Assembly: GCA_032128375.1 (NCBI GenBank)
Contig: JAQBGU010000202.1
Coordinates: 25,620-89,619, forward strand
DNA: 64,000 nt
Reading direction: 5' to 3'
Source: Deltaproteobacteria bacterium
GTDB taxonomy: Bacteria > Myxococcota_A > UBA9160 > SMWR01
The position numbers were made by a program, and so were the translations under genes. Positions 39,670 through 47,796 of the stretch are shown here, piece by piece. The notes beneath the pieces were generated by a model. It did not search any database. It saw only the letters and a list, made by a program, of their open reading frames with translations, and was not told the DNA's origin. Each line of letters opens with the position of its first letter. Positions within the stretch are counted from its first letter, which is position 1.

Positions 39670-40230
39670 TTACAGATCCGCGCCACCCGTTGCGATCAAG
39701 CGTTCCAACCGTTCGTGCTGCGGTGCGTCGCTTTCGAGAATTCGCCCGAGCCAATCCCGCACATAGCGAAAGTCGAGCGGGTCGTTTGCGGCGAAGATCA
39801 TCTCCGCCATATCGCGCCAGTCCTTTTCGCGGCTGAATACGACCTTGTACACGAGCAAGTCTTCGGCGCTCAAGATGTGGATGCGGTCCGCGCCGAAGTC
39901 GACGCGACGGCGGCGTTGCATCGAACTTTCGTGCAGGGGGTCGTAGGCGAAGAAGAGGTCGATCGGCGTCTTCTCCCAAAAGATGCGTGCCTGCCCGTCG
40001 CGCGCGATGGCGCGTTCGACGTCCGGTCCGGCGACGGTCGCGCCGATTTCCGCTAGGCACGCGAGAACTTCCTGTGCGCGCGAGGCCGGAACGAAGACGT
40101 TGACATCGATGTCGACCGTTGCCCGTGGTGTCGCGTAGTAGGCGAGTGCATTCGCGCCTCCGAACGCGTGTGCGATTTCGGCGGCCTCGAACGCGTGCTC
40201 GATCGCGACCATCTTTTCATCGAGATACAT
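39670..40230 (-). CDS. Nucleotidyltransferase-fold protein (AbiEii/DUF6036-like), putative toxin
   Basis: FGGANAL...RATVDIDVNV (GG...RxTxDxD), EDLLVYK, REKDWRD. Confidence 0.75.
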   Translation of the reverse strand: MYLDEKMVAIEHAFEAAEIAHAFGGANALAYYATPRATVDIDVNVFVPASRAQEVLACLAEIGATVAGPDVERAIARDGQARIFWEKTPIDLFFAYDPLHESSMQRRRRVDFGADRIHILSAEDLLVYKVVFSREKDWRDMAEMIFAANDPLDFRYVRDWLGRILESDAPQHERLERLIATGGADL

Positions 40231-40233
40231 CGA

Positions 40234-40750
40234 CTAGCCCGCTTGTTCTTCGAGATCGGCTGCGCGCGAATGAAAGTGCGGGAACAGTTCGCGGGACCGG
40301 GTCCGCAAAGGCGCGCGTGACTGCAAAACGCGATCCGCGCTTCTCATGAGGTCGCGAAGCGCTTTGCCGCGCTCGTTCTCGGGCTGTCCAAGCCAGAAGG
40401 CCGCGTCTTCCAAATGCTCGGGCACGGGCTCGGCAGCGAGCGGTTCGAGGGCGCTTTTCAGCAGACCCACGAGCCGGGGAGACAGACGACCGCCGCGCCG
40501 AAGTACGGCGAGCAGCGCGCGCGCTTCGGGAAAGCGACGCCGCTCACTCACCGTGACGCCGAGCTTGCGCGCTCGGGCGACCAGTTTTTCACGATCGAAA
40601 GGAAGACGCGCTTTCTCTTCGGCTCGGTCGAGGATCTCGGGGGGTGAGCACGCCGTGAAAACTCGCGAGGGTGAACTGTCTCGGTCCCTTCTTCGTACTC
40701 AGGCACTCTCGAATTTCGTAGCCGTCACGTTTCTTGCGAATCGACGCCAT
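40234..40750 (-). CDS. Hypothetical basic protein upstream of the nucleotidyltransferase (putative antitoxin), frameshifted in a C6 run (40639-40644)
   Basis: SD GAGGA then MASIRKKRDGYEIRECLSTKKGPRQFTLASFHGVLTP; joins EILDRAEEK...EEQAG if one C is removed. Confidence 0.65.
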
Positions 40751-40791
40751 CTTGGGTTCCTCGCTATTGCATTGTCACCATAGTGGCTTCG

Positions 40792-40808
40792 TCCACTATT
40801 ATAGTGGA
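40792..40808 (-). promoter_or_regulatory. Palindrome TCCACTAT-T-ATAGTGGA overlapping a TATAAT -10 box
   Basis: Read directly; about 45 bp upstream of the 40750 ATG; no canonical -35. Confidence 0.5.
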
Positions 40809-41062
40809 ATTGAACACTATCGCGAGTGGCGCGATGATGCACTGCAGGCGGTTTTCCAAGTCCTCGATTTTCCACAAGGTTATCGGCTCTTTGAAGATGG
40901 CGGCAACGAGGAGACCTTGACCTTGACGGCGCGGCGAGATTGGAAGTTCACCAAGGGCCTGGGCGGCGTAACGAGCCGCCCGCACCAGAATCGTTCTCGA
41001 TGATTCACCTTCTTCTATTGAATCGCGAGGCGGAGGAAATGATTCTCGAACAGGTGTCTGGC

Positions 41063-41555
41063 CTAGTGGAGCCGTAGGTCCGTCTTCAGCACCGCCCCTT
41101 CCGGAATCACGCTCGTCTCGACGAATCGCCACAACGCAATCAACAGCTTCCTCGCGAGGGCGACGATCCTGATCTTTCGGTTCTGCTTGCTCCCCGAACC
41201 GAAGCGACGTTCGTACCATTGGCTCAGCTCGCTCTCCGGCTGAAAGCGAAGCCACCCCCACGAGAGTTCGATCGCGCTGCCTCGGATGTGCCGACTGCCG
41301 TCCGTTTCGATTCCCTGCTCCCGATACCGCTTCCCGCTGTCCTCGGTGTCGGCGTCAACCCGGCCAGCGAGCCGACCTCCTTCGTGTTGCGGAACGTTCG
41401 CTAGCTGAAGAACTCCATGCTGTATAGCCAGGCCGTACTGATCCCGACCCCTCGCAGCGAATAGAGCTGTGCCGCCTTCCGGACCGATGAGTTCTGGGAC
41501 CCCGCTTGGCGCAACTCTTGACTCAGCAGATGGCGACGCTCCCCGTCTACTTCTC
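41063..41555 (-). mobile_element. Degenerate IS110-family transposase, C-terminal part only
   Basis: LRGVGISTAW...FFS*RTFRNTKEVGSLAGLTPTP / SGKRYREQGI / WLRFQPESELSQWYERRFG...IVALARKLLIALWRF; internal stop and frameshifts. Confidence 0.85.
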
Positions 41556-41588
41556 TACTTCAGCCATGTTCGGCTTGACCAGAGGACG

Positions 41589-41616
41589 AGCGCATCCTCA
41601 AGGTTGAGGATGCGCT
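41589..41616. other. Perfect 13-bp inverted repeat AGCGCATCCTCAA-GG-TTGAGGATGCGCT
   Basis: Read directly; downstream of the ceramidase-like stop; no U-tract. Confidence 0.8.
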
Positions 41617-41661
41617 TGGAAGAAGAATGAGGAACGCAATCGTGTAAAGGATGTCTCCGGA

Positions 41662-42495
41662 CTAAGGTGTCAGCGATGGGTCCGGCCGTTCAGTCGGCGC
41701 GCGCTCGCCGATCCAGAAATAGAAATACAACGCCCCCGGACTGAGCGCGGTGATGACATGCCAGAGCGCGTGGCCTTGGAGCAGCGACGCCGGCTCGCAA
41801 AGCAAGTGTCCGGAGAGCGAAAGCCACCACACGCCAAGAGCGGGAGGGTAGAGGGCCAGGCTCACCCAGAGCCACGAACGTTGGACGCGCAACGGACTCC
41901 GCGCAACGAGAATCTCGCTCAGGAGCACCGCGCCAACCAGCCCGGCGAAGATCTCGAATCCGAGAACGTTGAAGGCGACGCGGGGCACGAGGAGCACCGC
42001 AGTGAGCCCAAGGAACGAAGCCAGGAACTGCGTCTTCGTGAGGCCGAAGACCCGAGTGACGTTGTACGCAAGCCAGAACCCGAACGAGAGAACCATCGAA
42101 GCCATGTCGAGCTTGCCGCCCCAGTCGGTGAGCGAAGCGTGGAAGAACGCTGCGCCGATCCCTGAGTAGACGACGATGCAGGCGTAAAGCGCAGGATAGA
42201 AGCCCCCGGCCTGCATCCGGTTGCGGGCCTGATCGACCCGACCCGAGCGCCTGCTCGTACTGGAATGGGCGGCGATGGCGAGGCCGACGAACACGCCAGC
42301 GAGGCAAGACCACGTGTTCGCGGGTTGCCGGAGCCATCCGGCTCGTGCAGCCTCGCAATAGCAGTCCGCTTGCGCCAAGCATGGATGCGAAATACCAGGC
42401 CAGTCCTGACGAGCCAAGGTGACGAAGAGCACGGTCGCGATAGCCAGCAGAGCTGCCGCAGATGCGAGCTCGGCGAATTCGGAGGGCAGCCGCAC
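41662..42495 (-). CDS. Ceramidase-domain (CREST superfamily) membrane hydrolase
   Basis: YCE...QPANTWS, FFHASLT, LDMASM, GHALWH; start approximate. Confidence 0.8.
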   Translation of the reverse strand: MRLPSEFAELASAAALLAIATVLFVTLARQDWPGISHPCLAQADCYCEAARAGWLRQPANTWSCLAGVFVGLAIAAHSSTSRRSGRVDQARNRMQAGGFYPALYACIVVYSGIGAAFFHASLTDWGGKLDMASMVLSFGFWLAYNVTRVFGLTKTQFLASFLGLTAVLLVPRVAFNVLGFEIFAGLVGAVLLSEILVARSPLRVQRSWLWVSLALYPPALGVWWLSLSGHLLCEPASLLQGHALWHVITALSPGALYFYFWIGERAPTERPDPSLTP

Positions 42496-42569
42496 GCGTT
42501 CGATATGGACTCCGATCTCTGCCGCCTTGTATATCGATCCAAAGCCCTTGAATACGACCTTCGTATACT

Positions 42570-42705
42570 CCAGACGAACAACCGGGTGAGGCCGACGCCG
42601 CATGAAGCCGAGAGCTTGACCGTTAGATTGGCCCCCGCCCTCTTCACCCATGCAGTGGAGTATCCGAGGCCCGAGAGCCTGCGTTTACAAGACGAGTAGG
42701 TGAGG
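42570..42705 (+). ncRNA. Candidate IS110 left-end non-coding region (bridge-RNA-like)
   Basis: Lies directly upstream of an IS110 N-terminal remnant, after a TATACT box; segments GAGAGCTTGACCGTTAGATTGG and GTATCCGAGGCCCGAGAGCCTGCGTTTACAAG resemble IS110 leader sequences from recall (not searched). Confidence 0.4.
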
Positions 42706-42754
42706 GTGCAGGGTCGGGGAACCGGTGGCGATTGTAGTGGAGCATCAGGAGGAA

Positions 42755-42888
42755 GTGTTGGAGAAGTTCAGCCTCGTTGGAGTGGATGTCAGCGCCAAGA
42801 CCTGGGCGGTGATCCTCGAGCAGGAGGCGAGCGGGGAGCCGTACTCGAGTTTGCCAATGATCGTGTGGGTCACGAGTACTCCCGATGA
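42755..42888 (+). mobile_element. IS110-family transposase N-terminal remnant
   Basis: AGGAGG SD, then LEKFSLVGVDVSAKTWAV (first RuvC-like GxD strand) and, after a frameshift, VLEFANDRVGH; truncated. Confidence 0.6.
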
Positions 42889-42931
42889 TTGATACCGTTG
42901 GCGGCGGCCTGTAAATGAGGCAGCCGGCAAG

Positions 42932-44560
42932 GTGGATACCGAAATCGCAATCATTGGCGCGGGCCCCGTTGGGCTCAGTCTCGCCGTCGAGCTGGGCTGG
43001 CGCGATATCGATTGCATCGTCTTGGAGGCGCGTACCCAGCGCAGCGCCAAGTTCCCAACCGCCAACCACATCAGCGTCCGGACCATGGAGCAATTGCGTC
43101 GCCTCGGCCTTTCCGAAGAGGTCGCCTCGGTGTTCCCCGCGGAGTGGGGTGGACACTGGATTGGAATCACACACCTCGGAGGCTTCGAGGTGGCGCGCAT
43201 CGAGAACGCCTTGTCGACGGGCGCCCCACTCGACGACTCTCCCGAGCGCGAAGTATGGGCGCCCAAGCTCTATTTCGATCCGATCCTCGAACGAGCAGCT
43301 CGGGCCTATTCCTGTGTGAAATTTCGCTACGACACGCGGGTCGAGTCCGTCGAGGAGCGAACCGATTGTGTCTCGTGTGTGGCTCGTGATGGAGGGGGTT
43401 CGCCGGTACGCATCGATGCCCGGTACGTCGTCTCCTGTGACGGCGCCGATAGTCGAGTACGCGAATCGTTGGGGCTATCGGTGCTGGGCCCGCCGCCGCT
43501 CCCGTTGCGAGTGAACTCCGTCTTCTTCCGCTCTCGCAAAGTCACCGAACTCGTGCCGACGGGCGGTGTGCTCTATTCATTGCTCGGGGACCCGGATGGG
43601 CCGACGAAGACGCCAGTGGGCGCGGGGATGTTAGTGGCGGTCGACGGACTCGAACTCTGGCGCATCCACGGTCCGGGTATTGGAGACGCAGACGCAGCCG
43701 CCACCTTGGAGAGCTTGCGTCAGCTGGGCGCGGATGATGCGGAGATCCTGATGCAAAGCGCATGGACGCCGCGCCAGGGTATTTGCGAATCCCTGCGTAG
43801 GGGTCGCTGCTTCCTGGCGGGCGATGCCGCGCATCTCGTGACTCCCTTCGGCGGGCTTGGCGTCAACCTCGGCATGGCGGACGTCTTCGACCTGGGCTGG
43901 AAAATGGACGCGTCACTTGCGGGGTGGGGCGGAACGAGGCTTCTCGACGAGAGCTACGAGTTCGAACGGCGCGCGGCGATTCTGGATCATCTTCTTTACC
44001 AGGGCCTCGATCTCTCGGACGCCACGTCTCATCAGATCCGACCGGGGCTTCCACTCCACGAAATTCCCAACGAAGACCTCTGGCGCGATGACGCCGAGGG
44101 AGAAGCCGCACGCCGTGTCTTCGGAGCAGGTCTCGTGTTGTCGCGCGGAAACGAGTTCCTGAAACCCGGCCTCGATCTCGGTTTCCGCTATGACGGTTCG
44201 CCAATCATCTGCGATGATGGATCGGCTCCGGTGGACCGAAGTGATGTGCGCATTTACGCGCCCACCGGAAAACCCGGCGGACGCGCTCCTCATGTGAGCA
44301 CACGCCGCGGAGGGTCGACGCTCGATCTGTTCGGCCGCGGCTTCGTATTGCTTCGGACGGATCCAGCAGTGGATACCGGCGGTTTTGAACTGGCCGCGCA
44401 GGCGAAGTCGCTACCGCTTCGAATCGAAACGGCACCGGAAGTGGCCGAGGCATATGGCGCGCTGCTCACACTCGTTCGCCCCGATGGATTCGTGGCGTGG
44501 CGCGGAAGCGAAGTTCCGACCGATCCGGCTGCGGTGCTCGACATCGTCCGGGGCGCGTGA
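42932..44560 (+). CDS. FAD-dependent monooxygenase (PheA/TfdB-like)
   Basis: GAGPVG, CDGADS, LAGDAAH...PFGGLGVNLG, PGGRAPH, LVRPDG. Confidence 0.92.
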   Translation: MDTEIAIIGAGPVGLSLAVELGWRDIDCIVLEARTQRSAKFPTANHISVRTMEQLRRLGLSEEVASVFPAEWGGHWIGITHLGGFEVARIENALSTGAPLDDSPEREVWAPKLYFDPILERAARAYSCVKFRYDTRVESVEERTDCVSCVARDGGGSPVRIDARYVVSCDGADSRVRESLGLSVLGPPPLPLRVNSVFFRSRKVTELVPTGGVLYSLLGDPDGPTKTPVGAGMLVAVDGLELWRIHGPGIGDADAAATLESLRQLGADDAEILMQSAWTPRQGICESLRRGRCFLAGDAAHLVTPFGGLGVNLGMADVFDLGWKMDASLAGWGGTRLLDESYEFERRAAILDHLLYQGLDLSDATSHQIRPGLPLHEIPNEDLWRDDAEGEAARRVFGAGLVLSRGNEFLKPGLDLGFRYDGSPIICDDGSAPVDRSDVRIYAPTGKPGGRAPHVSTRRGGSTLDLFGRGFVLLRTDPAVDTGGFELAAQAKSLPLRIETAPEVAEAYGALLTLVRPDGFVAWRGSEVPTDPAAVLDIVRGA

Positions 44561-44675
44561 ATCCGCCCAACGGACGAGAGTGACCAAGCTGTGAGAGAGT
44601 TCCTGCCGACTCTGGCGAGTGATGCTCACGGCTCTGGTGCATCATGGCTGGCCAATTTCCAACCAGGGGTTCTTC

Positions 44676-45866
44676 ATGCGCCGAGATGAACGTCGAGATG
44701 AACGTCGAGATGAATTCGGCTTCGTGGGCCCGCTGCCCGCGAGCCACCGCCTGCGCCGCATCCCAGAGCCGGGCTTTGCGACGGGCCCCGAAGTCGGGGA
44801 GCGGCTACCTGACTTCGAGCTATTGGATCAAAACGGGCGACGCATATCTCTTCATTCCGATCGGGGCGACGCGAAGGCTGCAGTCGTCTTCTTTCGATCG
44901 GCGGTCTGGTGACCGCCCTGCCTTACGCAGCTCGGTGAGCTGCAAGACGCACTACCTCGCTTCGAAGCGAGCGGTGTCAAACTATACGCGGTGAGTTACG
45001 ACGACCGAGACGCGTTGGCCGCCTACGCGAAGGCGCGCGGTATCGGCTTCCCCTTGCTTTCCGACCCCGATTCCGCGGTGATCCGGCGATATGGCATCTT
45101 GAATACGTTGATCGACGAACAGGACGCGCCGTTCTATGGCATTCCCAACCCGGGTACCTACCTCGTCGATGAGGCGGGCGTCATCGTGGAGAAATTCTTC
45201 CCGCGCCACATCGCCTTGCGCGAGAGCGCGGATACAGTGCTCGACTCGGCGCTCGGTGAGCTGCTCATGGGTGACGCGTCGAGTGTAAGCGGTGGCGATG
45301 ACGAAGTTCGCGTCGAAGCCTTCCTGCACGGTGGCGGTGGCGTCTTGAAGTCGGGACCGATGCGCCGTGTGGTGGTCCGCATAACGCTTCGTGACGGGCT
45401 GCACATCTACGCTGAGCCGGTTCCCGATGGCATGGTGTCGACACAGGTGAACGTCACCGGGCCCGAGGGGCTCCACGTCGAGGAGCCGATTCTGCCCCCG
45501 ACCGAGCTTCTGACGCTGCCCGGACTCGATGTGCCACTCCATGTCTGGAGCGGTAGTGTCGATCTGGTGGTCCCGGTGTATGCCGATTCGGAGCTTTTCC
45601 CGGCGGGCAAAGACGCGGCGCCGAACGAGATCCAACTCGACGTGAGCGTGCGCTACCAGGCCTGCGACGATCGGACCTGCCTGATCCCGCGCACACAGCG
45701 GCTCACACTACGTGTCCCGCTTGGCGGCATGGAGGTTCCGTCGCTCATGGGCATGGGAGTCGTCGGCCAGAACCGACCCGTCGAGATGGATTCGGCAAAG
45801 CACTTCGCACAGTTGAACGCACGCCAGACCGCCGCTCGAGACGACCAGCGACCGAAATCGCCATAA
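44676..45866 (+). CDS. Selenoprotein: peroxiredoxin-like (AhpC/TSA) redoxin with UxxC, fused to a DsbD-alpha-like domain (396 aa; Sec at 44910-44912)
   Basis: ORFs 44619-44912 and 44991-45866 share a frame; FFRSAVW-TGA-PPCLTQLGELQ puts TGA at the redox Cys position; SECIS-like hairpin follows; C-terminal YQACDDRTCLIP. Confidence 0.88.
44679..44714 (+). repeat. 12-bp tandem repeat x3 encoding RRDE-RRDE-RRDE
   Basis: CGCCGAGATGAA CGTCGAGATGAA CGTCGAGATGAA. Confidence 0.9.
44927..44943 (+). promoter_or_regulatory. Bacterial SECIS-like hairpin GCAGCTC-GGT-GAGCTGC
   Basis: 7-bp perfect stem with a G-first loop, 21 nt after the in-frame UGA; extendable via CTT/AAG. Confidence 0.75.
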
Positions 45867-45997
45867 TTGCTGGCCCACGCACCAAGCCGCCAACGCGTTC
45901 GAACAATCGCTGCCCGTCGTTCACTGACGGATCCGCTGAGTCCATCTGAATCGAGGGTCTGGAGTATTCGTCAGCACGCAGATCGGGGTTGCTGAAA

Positions 45998-46036
45998 AGT
46001 ACGATCGTGCTAAATAATAAGTATGAACGATCGGTC
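45998..46036 (+). promoter_or_regulatory. Two near-palindromes (AGTACGATCGTGCT, GAACGATCGGTC) flanking an AT-rich TAAATAATAA stretch; likely TetR operators
   Basis: Read directly; immediately upstream of the TetR gene. Confidence 0.55.
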
Positions 46037-46040
46037 CGCA

Positions 46041-46646
46041 ATGCCCACCCATGGCCAGCGCCAGCGCGCACGCATTCTCGAGGCCGCTGCAGATGTCAGC
46101 ACCGCTGAGGGGTTGGAGGGCCTATCGATTGGCCGTCTCGCCCGCGAGGTCGGCATGAGCAAAAGTGGCGTCGCGGGTCATTTCGAGTCGAAGCAGGCTC
46201 TGCAACTGGCCACCATCGAGACGGCGGCTTCGAACTACAACGATCGAATCCTCGCGCGCCCGCGGTCGGCAGAGCCAGGCCTCCCACGACTGCGCCGGAT
46301 GCTCGCGGCCTGGATCGACCACATCGATGACATCCCCTATCGAGGCGGTTGCTTCTTTGCGGCCACCGGTAACGAGTTCGCCGCGCGTCCCGGCCGAATT
46401 CGCGTTCAGGTTGCCCATTACACACAGGTTTGGATCGATGCGCTCGAAGCCGAAGCGCAGCTAGCCGTGCGGTTGGGAGAATTGCGGCCCGCAGTCGACG
46501 TGCGGCTACTCGTATTCAAGCTTCACGGCTTCGTCCAAGAGGCCAACCTACGTCGGCGCTTACTCGAAATTGAAGGGGCCTTCGAAGACGCGCGCAGATT
46601 GGTTGCCGAGTGCCTCGCTTCGAACGCCACGGCGCTCGAAGCGTAA
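46041..46646 (+). CDS. TetR/AcrR family transcriptional regulator
   Basis: GLEGLSIGRLAREVGMSKSGVAGHFESK HTH; GGCFF. Confidence 0.92.
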   Translation: MPTHGQRQRARILEAAADVSTAEGLEGLSIGRLAREVGMSKSGVAGHFESKQALQLATIETAASNYNDRILARPRSAEPGLPRLRRMLAAWIDHIDDIPYRGGCFFAATGNEFAARPGRIRVQVAHYTQVWIDALEAEAQLAVRLGELRPAVDVRLLVFKLHGFVQEANLRRRLLEIEGAFEDARRLVAECLASNATALEA

Positions 46647-46715
46647 GCGCCAGCCATTCCTGTCAGCGTGCCAAGGCCCAACTTTTCCATCAACCTCATC
46701 AGAAAAGGAGTTCTC

Positions 46716-47132
46716 ATGGCATCCATCGACGACCGGCAGCGTTGGCTTCGAAACAGCCTGTTCGGCAACGCCATTTTCTCGACCGTTTCCGGCTTGACGT
46801 TTGCATTGGCCGCCGATTCGATAGCGGGCTTCATCGGCATTGACCAGTCGATGCTGGTTCGTGTTGTCGGGCTGGGCCTGCTCGGCTTTGCAGGCTTCGT
46901 GGGCTTCGTCGCGACGCGTCCGGAGATCGATTGGAGAGCGGCGATTTCGATCGTGATCGGCGATTTGTGTTGGGTAGTCTGCACAGTGCCGCTCGTGATG
47001 ATGGACGTGCTGTCCTCCAATGGGCTCGTGGCCGCGATTGCGATCGCGGACATTGTGCTCGTCTTCGCCGGCTTGCAGTATTACGGCGTGCGCCGGATCC
47101 GCGGGAGTGCTCCCGCGATGGCCCGTGGCTAG
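46716..47132 (+). CDS. Four-TM hypothetical membrane protein (probable TetR target)
   Basis: AAGGAG SD; hydrophobic segments. Confidence 0.75.
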   Translation: MASIDDRQRWLRNSLFGNAIFSTVSGLTFALAADSIAGFIGIDQSMLVRVVGLGLLGFAGFVGFVATRPEIDWRAAISIVIGDLCWVVCTVPLVMMDVLSSNGLVAAIAIADIVLVFAGLQYYGVRRIRGSAPAMARG

Positions 47133-47213
47133 GTGTCAATTCCAACGTGTCGGGCGACGACGTGGAGGCTTTCGCCGTGCGGCGAACGCGCAACTAGCCC
47201 GACGAACCGTCGA

Positions 47214-47720
47214 TCAGCTGCCGGCCTTTTGTCCCCCGGATCTGCGGTCGTGCCGGGGATCGAACCGGCCGGCTTCACAGGCTCGCACGAACGATTCGCC
47301 GTATCCCTGCAGACGCTGCCACTGCGTGCGGATCTCAGCTGCTTCCGCTTCGTCGATACGATTCTCATGGGTAATCGAGTCGGACATCACCTGCAGCAGT
47401 TCTGAGAACTCGGCCAGTAGGCTCCTGGTGTGATCGACGTAGCGCTCGTCCACTTCGCTTTCGCGCGGTTCGAGGGGCACGACGAAGAATCCGCCGGCCT
47501 GTGTGCACAGCCACTCGATCGGCCGCCGATCACCCGTGCTCGCGAGCAGAGCCACGACGCGGTCGAGCGGGTTGCGCGTACCGGATCGCTCATCGGCGGG
47601 ATCATCCGACGGCTCCTGGCACCACTTGTAGACCAGGGAGTTCGAGACCTTCAGGTCGGCTGCCACCCGCTTGGCACCGACCTCCTCGATGACCTGTTTG
47701 AGCACTTCGTGGGACTTCAT
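47214..47720 (-). CDS. Phage regulatory CII-like HTH protein
   Basis: GAKRVAADLKVSNSLVYKW HTH, RNPLDR, GGFFV, helical C-terminus. Confidence 0.65.
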   Translation of the reverse strand: MKSHEVLKQVIEEVGAKRVAADLKVSNSLVYKWCQEPSDDPADERSGTRNPLDRVVALLASTGDRRPIEWLCTQAGGFFVVPLEPRESEVDERYVDHTRSLLAEFSELLQVMSDSITHENRIDEAEAAEIRTQWQRLQGYGESFVRACEAGRFDPRHDRRSGGQKAGS

Positions 47721-47796
47721 GGAAATTCTCCCCGCGACTGAACAGCCCCTGTACGCGGTTATTCCGCACTTCGCCCCTAGTCGATTTCCGCCTGCA

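Noticed and set aside
47214..47720. Prophage
   Set aside because: A single regulator-like gene; no integrase, terminase or structural genes
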